This document shows, in pieces, positions 63,415 to 64,000 of a DNA stretch of 64,000 nt. This stretch comes from Marsupella aquatica (lineage: Eukaryota > Plantae > Marchantiophyta). The stretch is from NCBI GenBank assembly GCA_973895155.1, contig OZ316898.1:6249079-6313078 (forward strand). The letters run 5' to 3'. A model generated the notes under the pieces. That model was not told where the DNA came from. It saw nothing but the letters and a program-made list of their open reading frames with translations, and made no database searches. Position numbers and translations under genes: made by a program. Position 1 is the first letter of the stretch, and each line of letters opens with the position of its first letter.

Positions 63415-64000
63415 TTGACACCAAAAGAGTACACACACAGAGCAGGCAACAGCCAAGTTTAACTCCAAGACCTCATGCACCCAAGGAGTGATCAAGCCAC
63501 CAGGGTAGCTACAGTTGGATGTCCAAAATGCCTCCATATAGGTGATTATCAAGAAGGAATTTGTGGCAACCTGGCCTGCATGGGGGCTCATATTGAGGCA
63601 GGAGTATTGGGGTAGGTGTACATTGTGCCTTGTGGTTGTGAGACAGGAAGTTGAGAAGTGACTTATAACTCAGAGAACCTTTGTTGATAAGTGATCCAGA
63701 TCTCTTCCAACTATCCAAACAGAAATATTAGACTTTCCAAACTCTAACTCAGAAATTTAGTTGCACTATTTAGAAAGCAATAATAAATGTGTTTTTTTAA
63801 TTAACATTAACAAACAAGAGCCCCTTTTCACACATCTTTTTAATCCTAGGACAAAAGCAAAGAGACTTGCCTGAATTCTTGTAAACCCTTGCACACAGTA
63901 TCAAGATGACACTAGAGTAATTGTATTCAGTAGATTAATTTTGATTCCCATCTGGAATATCCCTGATGCAAGGTGTGTAAGGTAGAGACCTCCAATGTGA

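Overview
Eukaryotic, land-plant nuclear DNA with short GT-AG introns. The gene and transposon types suggest a non-seed plant such as a liverwort or moss, but the species cannot be fixed from sequence alone. There are four host genes: a TPR-thioredoxin TTL-family gene (5012-9100, +, 7 coding exons), LIR1 (47417-49460, +), a VEP1/PRISE short-chain reductase (53356-54468, +) and a PAK1IP1/Mak11-like WD40 gene (56370-58511, -). Between about 11.9 and 46.3 kb lies a deeply nested transposon island. It holds a non-autonomous LTR element with identical 142-bp LTRs and a half-tRNA-Ile primer site, an L1 LINE, several copies of one Tnt1-like Copia family, a CACTA element, MITEs and a probable Helitron. 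A degenerate Copia lies at 60.4-63.4 kb. Three results stand out. (1) Two distantly related elements start TGTGAYGCC; one is a complete 4005-bp TG...CA unit with a 5-bp TSD and looks like a giant solo LTR. Each carries a decayed gene for a plant-mobile-domain-like plus coiled-coil protein and no gag/pol. (2) A CACTA-ended element has a 4-bp TSD, supported by exact frame restoration of the gene it interrupted. (3) One Copia LTR is flanked by a PPT on one side and a PBS on the other. All coordinates and alignments were read by eye; no database searches were run.
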